From positions 57,786,001 to 57,850,000 of the forward strand of contig NW_024704743.1 in assembly GCF_018977255.1 (NCBI RefSeq): a DNA stretch of 64,000 nt, written 5' to 3'. Below the pieces are notes generated by a model. The model saw only the letters and a program-made list of their open reading frames with translations. It had not been told where the DNA came from and did not search any database. The DNA comes from Callorhinchus milii. Its lineage: Eukaryota. Both the position numbers and the translations under genes were made by a program. Of this stretch, positions 38,766 through 49,988 are shown piece after piece. Each line of letters opens with the position of its first letter. Positions within the stretch are counted from its first letter, which is position 1.

Positions 38766-39133
38766 TAATAATAATAATAATCCTTGCATTTGACATAGCA
38801 CCTTATCACGTCTTCGAGATGTCTCAAAGCGCTTCACAGAATATACTGTAGTCAATTGACTGTATATTTTGTGGGCAAAATGCGGTAGCCAAATGCGCAC
38901 AACAGTGTCCCACAAACAGTCATGGTTTGAAGTGACCAATTTATTATTTTTTTTGAAGGAATTATTACCCCCAGAAAAGAGAGCAGTCAATCGACTAACT
39001 GTGTTCCCACTCACTGCCAGGCAAACAGAGGCGTGTGGAGTAAGGAAACTTGCCCAACGTTTTGCTCTGCTTGGAATCGAACCCAGTTCTCTCGTTTGCG
39101 AGGCAAGTGTTCTAACCACTGAGCTACAAGACT
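38766..39133 (-). mobile_element. tRNA-derived SINE, long subtype (family A)
   Basis: Reverse complement TGTAGCTCAGTGGTTAGAACACTTGCCTCGC..GGTTCGATTCC, with a (TTA)n tail. Confidence 0.9.
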
Positions 39134-40671
39134 TGAGATGTTTCCATCTTAACTTGGAAATTAATTAATATTAATGGGCTGCACTGCTTCGCCCACAAAA
39201 TTTACAGTCATTCACTTTACAACAACAAATAACAACAACAAATTACATTTGTATAGCGCCTTTCATGTCAGGAGGACATCCCAAGGTGCTGCACAGTCAG
39301 GGACTTTACAGTATATTCTGTTACGCGCCCCGAGACGTCTCGAAGACGTGACAAGGCGCTATATGAAATAGAAAATTCCAATGCAAAAAAAAGCAAGGAG
39401 ATGTTAGCTGGTCTTCTCAACATTTCTCTGGAACACATCAATAATACGGTATTTGATATATCAAATGCATGGATTATTATTATCATTATTATTATCAAAA
39501 CATGCAGAATTAGCCTCTTGTCACAGTATCTTGTCTCACGACAGACGGAGCTGGGACAAGGTCATGGAGAAGTGAAACTGATAAAAATGAACCCATGCCC
39601 CACATTTGAGTTCAGTATTAGATTTGAAGGCTGTTTTAAATTGCACGTTTCACACTGTTCAAATGTACTGCAATGCATGGGTATACAATGCAATGCAGCT
39701 GCAGATAAACCACTGAAACTATTTTAAAAAATCCATTTGTTAAAGCAAATGGAAATTTGCTGAAGCGAAACCTTAGCTAAGTTTCTTTACTCTACAGTAA
39801 GTTTACCTGGCAGTAAATAGGAACCCAGCTGTCAGTCGACTAGCAGATCGCCCCTCCGGGGATAACAATCCCTTAAAAAAAATATGGTCACTCAATCCAC
39901 GACTGTTTGTGGGACCCTGCTGTTATCCAGGTCCATTTAATGTGACACATGTGGAATATACTGTTAAATTGACTCCAATATCAAAAGAATGACTTGTGCT
40001 GTATACCTCTATTTTCAATGATTTGTTATTAATGCTCTTTGCGTTGCTGCAGTGAGTGCGTAGGCAGAACTCAGGAGGGAGAGAGTGGGGATCAGTCCTT
40101 ATAGGATAAGTTTTGCAGTCTGTGGAAGGAGCAGGCTCAATAGGTCGAATGACCTCTTCCCAGTCCATACCTTCTCACTGTGTACATGAGATGCTCCTTG
40201 AGTAAAGGGAATTGCAGCACATCTCTGGAGAGTTTGAGTGTAAGGCTGACTGCTCACTCACATGATTCCTTATCACCTGACCTTTGGAAGCTCCATGGTA
40301 CCCTGTCTGAGTAGTGATTTTTATTACTTGCTGGATTGTACTGCTTAAAACTCTGATTGAATTGCATCCATTTCATTCACCATGTAACTTTTTTAAACAA
40401 AATGAAGGAAGCATTTCCAAACAATCATAAAAAGAAATGACATCCAGAGTTTGAGCAAAAGGGCATCTCTGACTCACCATGGTGACACACACAAATAATG
40501 AATCTCTAAGAGTAATTGGATTGAGAGGTTCACATGATAACATAAACAGCTTGAGAGCCAAGCTGCAGCAGTTTCTAAGTTATCCAGAATTCAGGCCGAG
40601 CTTGAAACCATTCCAGAGTTTTTGTTTGTTTTATAAAGCACAGTACACTATGAACTATATGTGGTGGTTTA

Positions 40672-40900
40672 TAATAATAATAATCCTTGCATTTGATATA
40701 GCGCTTTTCACATCTTCTAGACGTCTCAAAGCGCTTCACAGAATATGCTGTAAAGTGAATTGACTATATTTGTGGGTGAAACGCGGCAGCCAATTGCACA
40801 GAGCAGTGTCCCACAAACAGTCGTGGATTGAAAATGACCAATTTATTATTTTTGGAGGGTTTTTGGAGGGATTATTATTAGGTGTGTGGAATAAGGAAAT
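40672..40900 (-). mobile_element. Family A SINE, 5'-truncated
   Basis: Body and tail match the 25520 copy; tRNA head missing. Confidence 0.85.
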
Positions 40901-41984
40901 TTATGGGCTTATTCAATTTAAATGTGGTCTTTTTTTTAACAGACTGTGTTTGCAACACATCGAAATGATTGAGGCAAAGTCACTGCAATGCTATCTGCAA
41001 ATCATCTGCAGTTGCTCAAGAGGAAATAAATAAACAACCAAACAAAAAAATTAAATAAATAAATAATCTTATGGCAATGGGCTAGTGACTGGCATTTGAG
41101 CGATATATATGATCCTCACCAGGGATGACTTAAAGGTACAATAATAATAATAATCCTTGCATTTAAAATAGTGCCTTTCATATCAGGAGGATGTCTCAAA
41201 GGGCTTCACAGGAAGGGTGGGTGACTGTGCATTTTGTAGGTGAACTCTGCAGCTAATTTGCACATAACAATGTCCCACAAATAGCCACAAAATAAATGAT
41301 TACATTTACCTGGGGTCAGGACGCTGGCTTCTCTTTTTGAATACTGCTGTGGGGTTTTTAACATCAGCCAAAGTACACAGTATAAACCTTGCATTTGATA
41401 TAGCACCTTTCAAATACTGCCTGTCATATTTTACAGACATATTGTATTTTACTGGCAGAAATGAAATGTGCCTTTATTTCATTTTCCCCTTGCCCATTTT
41501 CTAACCTCTTCTTTCTTGAAGGTGTTTGGCTCCTTTTAGCTAGAGGTTCAAGTGGTGAGGGTTGGCCTCTGGTATATCACACCCAAGCGGAATTTCTTTG
41601 TGTTTGAGACTTCACGGTGAGTGCTGGCAGGTGGTTTGACTGCTTTAGCCAATACCCACCCACACGCATCTCCTGCAGGGGTAGATGGATAGCAATCTGG
41701 CGTAAGATTCTTGGTTGAATTCTCCTTCCCTACCCTCAAGGATACCTAATGTCATCCTAGCTGAGATTAGTTAATTCACCTCTATGGCTTGGCTACTCAC
41801 TGGATAATCTCACTTAGCCAGCAGGCAGCCTTGGATTTGCTTTGAAATGAAAGCTGACCAGTTGAGCAGTGAACCTGTGCACACACAAAGAGGCTTGGGC
41901 ATACTTTAGGATGTACCTAGACATAACAAAAGAACAATAGGACATAAGCTTAAAGTTGCACAGGACAATTTCAGTATATACAAC

Positions 41985-42215
41985 AATAACAACAATATAG
42001 TGCCCCACATGCAGGGTAATGACACAGAGCGCTTGGGCTATATACTGTAAAGGTTGCTAAGAGCCAACTCTTGGGGATCCCAAAGTGTGCGCTAGAGTTT
42101 AAGCAAGAGGTGGGAGGACGACGAAAGGCACGGTCGAAGAGAAAGGTCTTGAGACTGACCTTGAAGGAAGCAAGGGAGGAAGCGATGCAAAGGGACTGTG
42201 GGATGGAGTTCAAAG
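41985..42215 (-). mobile_element. L2 LINE 3' end
   Basis: NSIPQSLCIASSLASFKVSLKTFLFDRAF, the L2 ORF2 C-terminus. Confidence 0.8.
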
Positions 42216-42879
42216 AGATCGAGAAAGGCTACGCTTGACTCTGAAGTCCTCTATAGTTAAGTGGTCTACCCACACTCACTGCCAGGGCTCAGTGGTCACT
42301 TGGATGGGGAACCGGAGAGCAACCAGCACCCATGGAACCGTACCCAGCAAAAGGAAGACAGATAAAGAGTCTGTACCTCACAATGGGGGGAAAATTGGAA
42401 AGAAATAATTGGAGACACTAACTTTATAAAGATAAAGGTATAGAATACTGCAGGATTCATTATTTTATTTTTATTTTATTTTGTACTTTAGAACTGGGCT
42501 CTGTGGATGGACATGGGCTTTTCTGGTGTGGTACAGTTAATTAGGGTTAGCGTACAGTTATATGGTGTGTTCATGTGGAATAATGTCTCGAAGCACTTTA
42601 CATGGATGAAGTTGTGAGCTCAAGTAGGTTGAGAGAAAAGGGTTAGGAGGGAATTGGGTGACTGAAGGTTGGGTCAAAAAGGTAGATGTTTTGAAGGGGT
42701 TTGAGAGCAGAGAGGGAGGATGCAATGCAGAGAGATTTTTGAAGAGAGTTCCAGAAAGTATGACATAAAGTGAGGAGGAGGGCCAGGGAATTTGAAGCAG
42801 GTCTGAGTTAGCAGAGTGGAGGGAGTGGATAAACCATCGGATTGTATGAGATCACAGAGATGGGGTGGGATAAGGTTGG

Positions 42880-43500
42880 CTTGGAAACACCAAGTCAAAT
42901 TACAGTGTTTAATTGTAGTATGATTTAAGTAGCATAATGTGCCTGGAATTAAACGAGTTAGCTATGTTGAAAACTATCTCAGTAAGAGGAAGCAAGAATT
43001 GACGATAAATGGAAAAAGCTCTGTCTGGAGGAGGTGACCAGCAGAGCTCCACAAGGGTCTGCTCTGGGTCTCCTGCTGTTCACACAAGTGATGAATGACT
43101 TACCCGAGATCACTCTTATTGTATTATAAATGTTGCTGATGATACCGAGCCATATGTCCATTTGACAAGCATAAGGCAAATAGGATCCAGACCAATTAAA
43201 CAAATACACCAAGATGTGGCAGAGGGTTTTATTCAAATGTAAGACAAGCTATATTGGGACCGAAAACAGGTGTGCACATTGTGCAGGTGTGCATTATGAA
43301 TGACAGAAGTGGAAGTGGATTATTGATCACTCACTGAAAATTTCCAGTCAATATGGAACTGTTATCAACAACAACAACTTGTATTTATATAGAGCCCTTC
43401 ACATGAGGCTGCGTCTCGGAGCACTTAATCAGTCTCGGAGCGCTTTATCAACAAAGCTAGTCAAATATTAATTTGTAGTCTCAAGAGTGTGGTCATGCTA
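42880..43500 (+). mobile_element. CR1 LINE RT fragments (with a short L2-tail insertion at ~43368-43425)
   Basis: EVTSRAPQGSALGLLLF..NDLP, VADDT motifs. Confidence 0.6.
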
Positions 43501-44146
43501 CTACCAACACTGAATCAAAATCTTAGAAATTTACAGCACAGAAGGAGGCCATTCGGTCCATTGAGTCTGCACCAGCTCTCAGAGCAAGCTGTTCATTCAG
43601 TCCCACAACCTTGCTTTATCCCCATACCCCTTCAAAACTCTATCCTTTATATAGCTTTCAATTTCCCTGTTGAAACCCTCAATGGACCACCTTACATGGC
43701 ATGCCCTTGCACATCCCAACAATTCTCTAAGCGAAAAAAAATGCCTAAGCTCAACTTTCGCTCTTCTTATATCCATCTTGTGACACTGGAACCTATTGAG
43801 GATGGCCGAGATTTATAAGGTTTTCACATTATTTGTAACTTCTCACTACTTTCAGGCAGGGAAGATCAACAGATTGACCAAAAAGTCTTATTTTTCAGCT
43901 ACACTATAATTTTTAAAAATATATAATTTATTTTACATAATTTATTTAAGACTTATTAGACATTGTAATGCTATCACTACTTTTGCTCACCTTGTAATTT
44001 GTCTCAGAAAAAGGTGAGAGTCAGATTCAATCCAATTCTTAACTGGAGACTAACTGACACTTATTGTCATAAATCTTATTCTAATTTAGTAACGAAGAGA
44101 GCAGGGAAAGAAAGACAAAAGAAAATAATAGGTGGAGGAAAGGAGA

Positions 44147-44815
44147 CAACAACAACAACAAGATTCCATTTATAAAGCGCCTTTCACATCAGGAGGACGT
44201 CCCAAGGCGCTGCACAGTTGGGTCATGACCCGAGCAGGGGGGAAATGGTCAGGGTGAGGGGAGGGAAGGGAGGGAGCGAGGAGGGGGGAAATGGTCAGGG
44301 TGAGGGGAGGGAAGGGAGGGAGCGAGGAGGGGGAAATGGTCAGGGTGAGGGGAGGGAAGGGAGGGAGCGAGGAGGGGGAAGAGAGTCGAGAGGGGAGCTG
44401 AAGGCTCGGTCAAAGAGAAAGGTTTTGAGACCGGCCTTGAAGGAGGAAAGGGAGGAAGCAAGGCGAAGGCACTGGGGGATAGAGTTCCAGAGCCTAGGGG
44501 TTGAGAGGCTGAAAGCCCGACCACCGATGGTAGGGCGATTGGGGCGGGGGACGTGGAGCAGACCGGAGCCAGAGGAACGGAAGGTACGGGCAGGTAGGTA
44601 GGGGGATAGTAGGTTGGAGAGGTAGGAGGGAGCGAGGCCGTGAATGGCCTTGTAGGTGAGGATGAGGATCTTGAAATCAATCCTCTGGGGGATGGGGAGC
44701 CAGTGGAGGCGAGCGAGGGTGGGAGTGATGTGGTCCCGAAGCCTGGTGCGGGACAGTACACGAGCTGCAGAGTTCTGAATGACAACAGTACACGAGCTGC
44801 AGAGTTCTGAATGAC
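44147..44815 (-). mobile_element. Young L2 LINE, 5'-truncated
   Basis: Uninterrupted ORF2 C-terminus (IQNSAARVLSRTRLRDHITPTLARLHWLPIPQRIDFKILILTYKAIHGLAPSYLS..LWNSIP..FKAGLKTFLF), a 3' stem-loop and a (TTG)n tail. Confidence 0.93.
44237..44373. repeat. Three tandem copies of a 45-46 bp G-rich unit in the L2 3' UTR
   Basis: GGGGG(G)AAATGGTCAGGGTGAGGGGAGGGAAGGGAGGGAGCGAGGA at 44237, 44283 and 44329. Confidence 0.95.
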
Positions 44816-44910
44816 TGAATGAGACGATGAGATCAGAGGTGTTGATGGTGCCCACTCTCCCACTATTGCCTTCTTTTGCCTTACATCATCAACACTTCTG
44901 ATCTCATCCA

Positions 44911-45150
44911 AACTCAGTTGTTAGTCGATTGGTGGATCGCTTTTCTGGGGGTAATAATTCGTTCAAAAAAAATAATAAATTGGTCACTCAAACCATGATC
45001 GTTTGTGGAACACTGCTGTGTGCAATTGGCTGCTGACTTTTGCCCACAAAATATACAGTTAATTCACTTTACAGTATATTCTGTGAAGCTCTTTGAGACG
45101 TCTCAAAGACGTGATAAGGCACTATATCAAATGCAAGGATTATTATTATT
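44911..45150 (+). mobile_element. Family A SINE (long subtype), 5'-truncated
   Basis: GTTGTTAGTCGATTGG..TATCAAATGCAAGG(ATT)n. Confidence 0.88.
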
Positions 45151-45151
45151 A

Positions 45152-45350
45152 TGATCTTCTTTCCTCTTCCTAATTGTTTCTTTTGACTTTCTTTCCCCAT
45201 CCACTTCTCTGTTTATCCTTATAAACTACTCCATTCCAATATCCCCCAGTTCTCACCAAAGGTCATCGACCTGAATGTTAACTCACTTTCCTCTCTCTAT
45301 AGATGCCACTTGAGCTGCTGAGTGTACTTAGCGACTTCTGTTTTTATTTG
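45152..45350 (+). mobile_element. Penelope-like element (PLE) terminal-repeat relic with a decayed minimal hammerhead ribozyme core
   Basis: CAGTTCTCACCAAAGGTCATCGACCTGAATGTTAACTC..CTCTCTATAGATGC..GCTGCTGAGT..TTCTGTTTTTATTT resembles the shark PLE end as I recall it (CTGATGAAAGGTCATCGACCTGAAACGTTAACTC..). The stem AGGTC/GACCT is visible directly. Confidence 0.7.
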
Positions 45351-47649
45351 AGAATTCCATACATCCCACCTAAACATGGAAAGTCCAGAGATAGATTCTT
45401 GGAATGGAATGCACACTCTCTCCCTGGGGGGACACATCATGCTTACCTAATTTAAGCCATCAATATGTGGGTTGCAAGTTCCAGGAACTCTTTAAATGCC
45501 TTTTGGTGAGCAGCACAGCTTAACACGAAATGCATGAGAGATTTGTCATCATCGCCCAGCTTTCAGCTCAGACACATATCCCTGCCCATTGAACGATAGT
45601 TTCAGCAGTTGGAAATACAGAGCTTGAGCAGCAGCTGTTTACTTTGCTGTAAACCAATCAAAGTGAATACCAAGCTCTCGATACATCAGCATGTGTTCAC
45701 GAACCGAGACTCCAGGTAACATCTTCCATCAGCTGTCGTCCCAAATTACCTCATTATCTATTCAACAGACATCTGCCTTCAGTGTAGTGGGAGGGTCTTT
45801 ATGGGACAACTTATGGTTTGCCAAAACTTTGATGTTTTAGAGGACCAGGTCCAATGCTGCATACCAGGCTTACCAGCTGCTTATTCCAGGTCTTTGTGTG
45901 ACCTGCGTTGGCAAAAAGGTGTGCCCGCTGTAAAACTTGACTCTGACTCCAGGTCTCTGTTTGATTCATTACTAACCCAGCTCATTCAGAAAATAATAAA
46001 ATGAAATGGTTGTATTCTGAATTTTGATTTGGGCTATTTTCTAAAAAGCACTATTTAATTAAAAGGCCCCATCTTCACAAAAAAAACATATTTGGCAATT
46101 TTTTTTCACTTGCATGTATGTACAACATGCAAATTGTGTTCATATAGTTCCTGATGATTAGACGTGAATATTGTTCTTGGGGCAAAGTTGACACTTTGCT
46201 CTTCTTCCTTGCTCTAAGCAGAATAAGGCTTTCTGAAAACTATACATATTTTTTAACGAAAGGAGACAACTGCAGAACATTGATGAGCCTCGGATCATTT
46301 ATCCTGGGTTAGCTAAAGATGAGTAGTATCCACTAGTGCCCTTTAGTGAGGCCACATAAAAAGAGAGGAGTGATATTACATATAGTAAATCAATATCAAG
46401 GCAATCCCAGAGTGTTTCATCCTTCTATTGTGAGCAGACACACTTCAGCCCATTAACGCAGGATTCATTTTATCCCTAATATTAAAGAAAGGCTGCCTTC
46501 TTTACAGCAATAAAGCGCACTAAACATTTCCTTACATCAGAATCCTCGGATGTCCAATAATTTTATTGAGGCAAGAATTTGAGTGAATTTTTCAGAAAAG
46601 TGCCTTTCCCAATTTCCCAGTAAAACACGGTTTTACATTCTTCGATCGACATCTTGGGATGAAGCTGCGCTCGAACCGCAGAATGTGAGTCAGGTAATTG
46701 CTGTGTGAACAAGGATTTTTACGGCTCTGACAGAGCCCTCCAGTTGATGGCAAGCAGAAATTAAAAAAAACTCAAAGTGCTGTTTAGTTGAGCGTTTCAG
46801 TGGAGGGTTATTTACAGTGCTGTCATTAAATGATCATTACAGATTTGGTCATGTTAACACATTTTATTAAAATATGCATAATTATCACACTAATGGCTTT
46901 GTGCAACATTCCACAGTTTCAATGGGGGGCAAATGATGACTATTAACAACCATCAGCATTAAAACGTTTTTTTTCTTTGCTCTTTTATGATTTGCTAATT
47001 TAGGTTTAAACCCCGAGAAATAGATGCTTATTATTGATCCTGGGATGTTTTATAACGCATTTAATGATTGCTTTCCAAAAAGATCCCAGCAGGTTGCTGA
47101 TCCGGTCGGTGCTGAGTTAACTGATCTCAGGCTGAGATGCAGTAGGCAGCTGCAATTGGTCTGGGCTATGGTAGGAAAGACACAGTGACTATTGATGCTA
47201 TCCAGTGACCTCTGTTGGATGTAAGGACAGGACCGGGCTCAGCTGGAATGCCCTCTATGGTCAAGTAGACTGGCCTCAGTGCCCAGACTCACACATAAAG
47301 AATGGCCATTTGGGCAATACAGCAGAGGGTGGTCAGTTTCTTTAGAACTAGAAAAGCAACAACAACTTGCGCCCTGAAATGAAGCACAGTAAAGAGGCAA
47401 CACCTTGAGGAGAGATGAGGCTATACATTGGAGGGCGGAACGTACTGTTTAAGATGTTATTTTAGTCAGGCTCCGCTACTGTTAAAGACTCTGAGACACT
47501 GCCCTGCATGGAGGGCACTGTATAAGTGCAATTTGTTGTTGTTTTTGCAATCTAATTTTCTCGCTTCCCTTTGCAACCCAATCTTCATAGGATCACATAG
47601 GTTTACAGAGGAACTTGCAAAAGAAGCCCAATATGCCCATTATAATTAT

Positions 47650-48252
47650 AATAATAATCTTTACATTTGTTACAGCATATTGCCTGTCTGGAGAACATTT
47701 CAAAGTGCTTTGCAGGATTTTACTATGAAATGTAGTGATTATGTATTTTGTAAGCAAACACAGCAGATAATGCGTACACAAAAATATCCCACAAACCACC
47801 ATTAAGTTGAATGATCAATTTTATAGCAGGGATTGTTGTCCAGAACACTGGGAGAAACACCCTTCTGTTCTCCAATTCTCAAAGTCTTGGGATTTTTCAC
47901 ATCAATTTAAACAGTCAGACAGAACATTGGTTTAACACCTCATCCAAGAGGTGGCAGCTCTAACTATGCAGCACACCTCAGCATTGCATTGGAGTGTCAG
48001 ATTAGATTGTGAGCTCAATCCACGACTGTTTGTGGGACACTGCTGTGCACAATTGGCTGCTGGGTTTTGCCCATAAAATATCCAGTCAATTCACTTTACA
48101 GTGTATTCTGTGAAGCGCTTTGAGACTTCTCAAAGACATGATAAGGCACTATATCAAATGCAAGTATTATTATTATAAAATTTCAAGGTGCGGTTAAAGC
48201 CTACAACCTTCTCACTAAGAGAATAGATTGCTACCAACTGAGCCAACATGAC
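47650..48252 (-). mobile_element. DeuSINE-like SINE (family D) with an oppositely oriented family A tail inserted at ~48016-48176
   Basis: Tail at 47650, core TTGGTTTAACACCTCATCC, head end CTACCAACTGAGCCAACATGACAC at ~48230-48254. Confidence 0.75.
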
Positions 48253-48387
48253 ACCTATTAAAAAAATGCCATAATTCTGTTTTGCTTATCTCCTTCCCAC
48301 CTGAGATCGAAGATGTGTACACAGATCCATAAGGTAGTACAGTGCTATCCCTCACACCACAAAATGATCTGACTGCAGTACATCCTC

Positions 48388-49294
48388 AGCCTTCCTGGCT
48401 GCTTTGAGATTGTGTCAGTATTGCTCTTCATGAAAGGTTGGCAGTGGAAGCAGGACTAACTGCTTGATTGCCAGAGCTCTGCATTTATATCAAGGGAGAA
48501 TTGTCAAACCATCAGGGAGTTTGGGGCCTTGTCAATAGGAATCCTCTGATAAAGCGCTACCTTGGCAAAACTATGAGAAAGTTGACAGAAACTTTTACAG
48601 AGTTATCTTTGTTTTTTTGTGTGTATTGTGAACCTCAATTTATATAAAAAGATTGTGGCAGATGTGGCACATCTCTTCCGCTTATCTCTTTTACTAACCG
48701 GCCCTCTCCTCCCCCAGTCAGGCTGCCTTCCCCCTCAAAGCCATTTCTCTAGGTTCCTGAGAAGCAGAAAGCAATTGAATTCAGTGTTAGAGAGTGAAAG
48801 GGCTGAGTCAGTAGCTTGGCTGACGTCTGAATTATCAATGTGTTCGACATGCTGGGAGATATCCACTCTTTTGGAGACTTTAGTTTTTCACAGTTGATCA
48901 GCATACATTCCACATTTTTGTATCCATCCCTAACCCTGTTTCAATTCCTTTGTCTCATCCACTCATTATCTACTTTAAATACTATCTTAAGACCTACTTC
49001 TTCAACTGCACCTCTGGTCACCTCCTCCTTCTCACTTGCTCTGCGCTCAACCCCTGCACAATGCTCCGAGACATTATCCTGCATGAAGGAAGCTATCTAA
49101 ATGCAAGTTGCTGTTATTGTTGATGGCAACAACCTCAAGCAGCCTGCAGCATCCATGTTCTTCAAGCCGTGTGATAGATTTGGGTCTAAACAAGCATACA
49201 ATACGTCCCTAGCCTTCCCGGCTGCTTTGAGATTGTGTCAGTATTGCCCTTCATGAAAGGTTGGCAGTGGAAGCAGGACTAACTGCATGATTGC
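48388..49294. repeat. 84-bp direct repeat pair (48388-48471 and 49211-49294)
   Basis: AGCCTTCC(T/C)GGCTGCTTTGAGATTGTGTCAGTATTGC(T/C)CTTCATGAAAGGTTGGCAGTGGAAGCAGGACTAACTGC(T/A)TGATTGC, 81/84 identical. Confidence 0.95.
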
Positions 49295-49988
49295 ACTGAG
49301 CTAGGAGTTTCCTAAACATGTAATACCAGCACAAAATGTGACTTGTGGGACAGCGAGCTCCCACGATGTGATTATGCAGCAATCTTCTCACACGCCAGCC
49401 GCAGAGCCGCCCTGGTGTGCTATAATGTTGTTAGGAGAATCAATTCACGGGCCAGTTCATCCTGCTCTTAATGGTCCTGTGAAATGCAGGCAGCGTCCCG
49501 ATTAAATTCAGCTCGCAGGGAAGGAAGACATTTCCAGAAAAGCTGGAAGGATTTCAGAATTGAGCTTTCTGAGGAGAATTCTGCTGACAGTATGCCAAGC
49601 TGACTTCCCATAAAAAAATGATGCAGGAGGTTAGTTAGTGTTATTCATACTCCGCTTTCTCAACACCCTGCCAGAGGTTTGTGGGGCATATCAAGAATCC
49701 CTCAGGCTAAGTTTCTCAAAATGTAGTACACAGATACTGAGGCATAACAATTATATCAATGCAAAGTGATACCAAGGGAGCAGTGCTGCGAGGTGTACAT
49801 CCTAAGTGAAAGGTACCATAGAAGTGCATGCTGTCACTGTTGATACCATTTCCTTGTTCAGTTGATGGACTGAATGCATTCAGGGTCTATTCTATGATTA
49901 CTCTGATCCCCCTCATTCCACTCCCCGCCCTTCCCTCCATTTCTCCCACCACTGCCCCCAATGAGGAAGAATCTGGGAGCACATTCCA

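Noticed and set aside
44237..44373. CRISPR-like repeat array
   Set aside because: Units are contiguous with no unique spacers, the context is eukaryotic, and no cas genes are present.
44249..44911. 220-aa Ser/Pro-rich ORF and the overlapping 127-aa Gly/Arg-rich ORF as novel genes
   Set aside because: They are alternative frames of the GC-rich L2 3' region and its tandem repeat.
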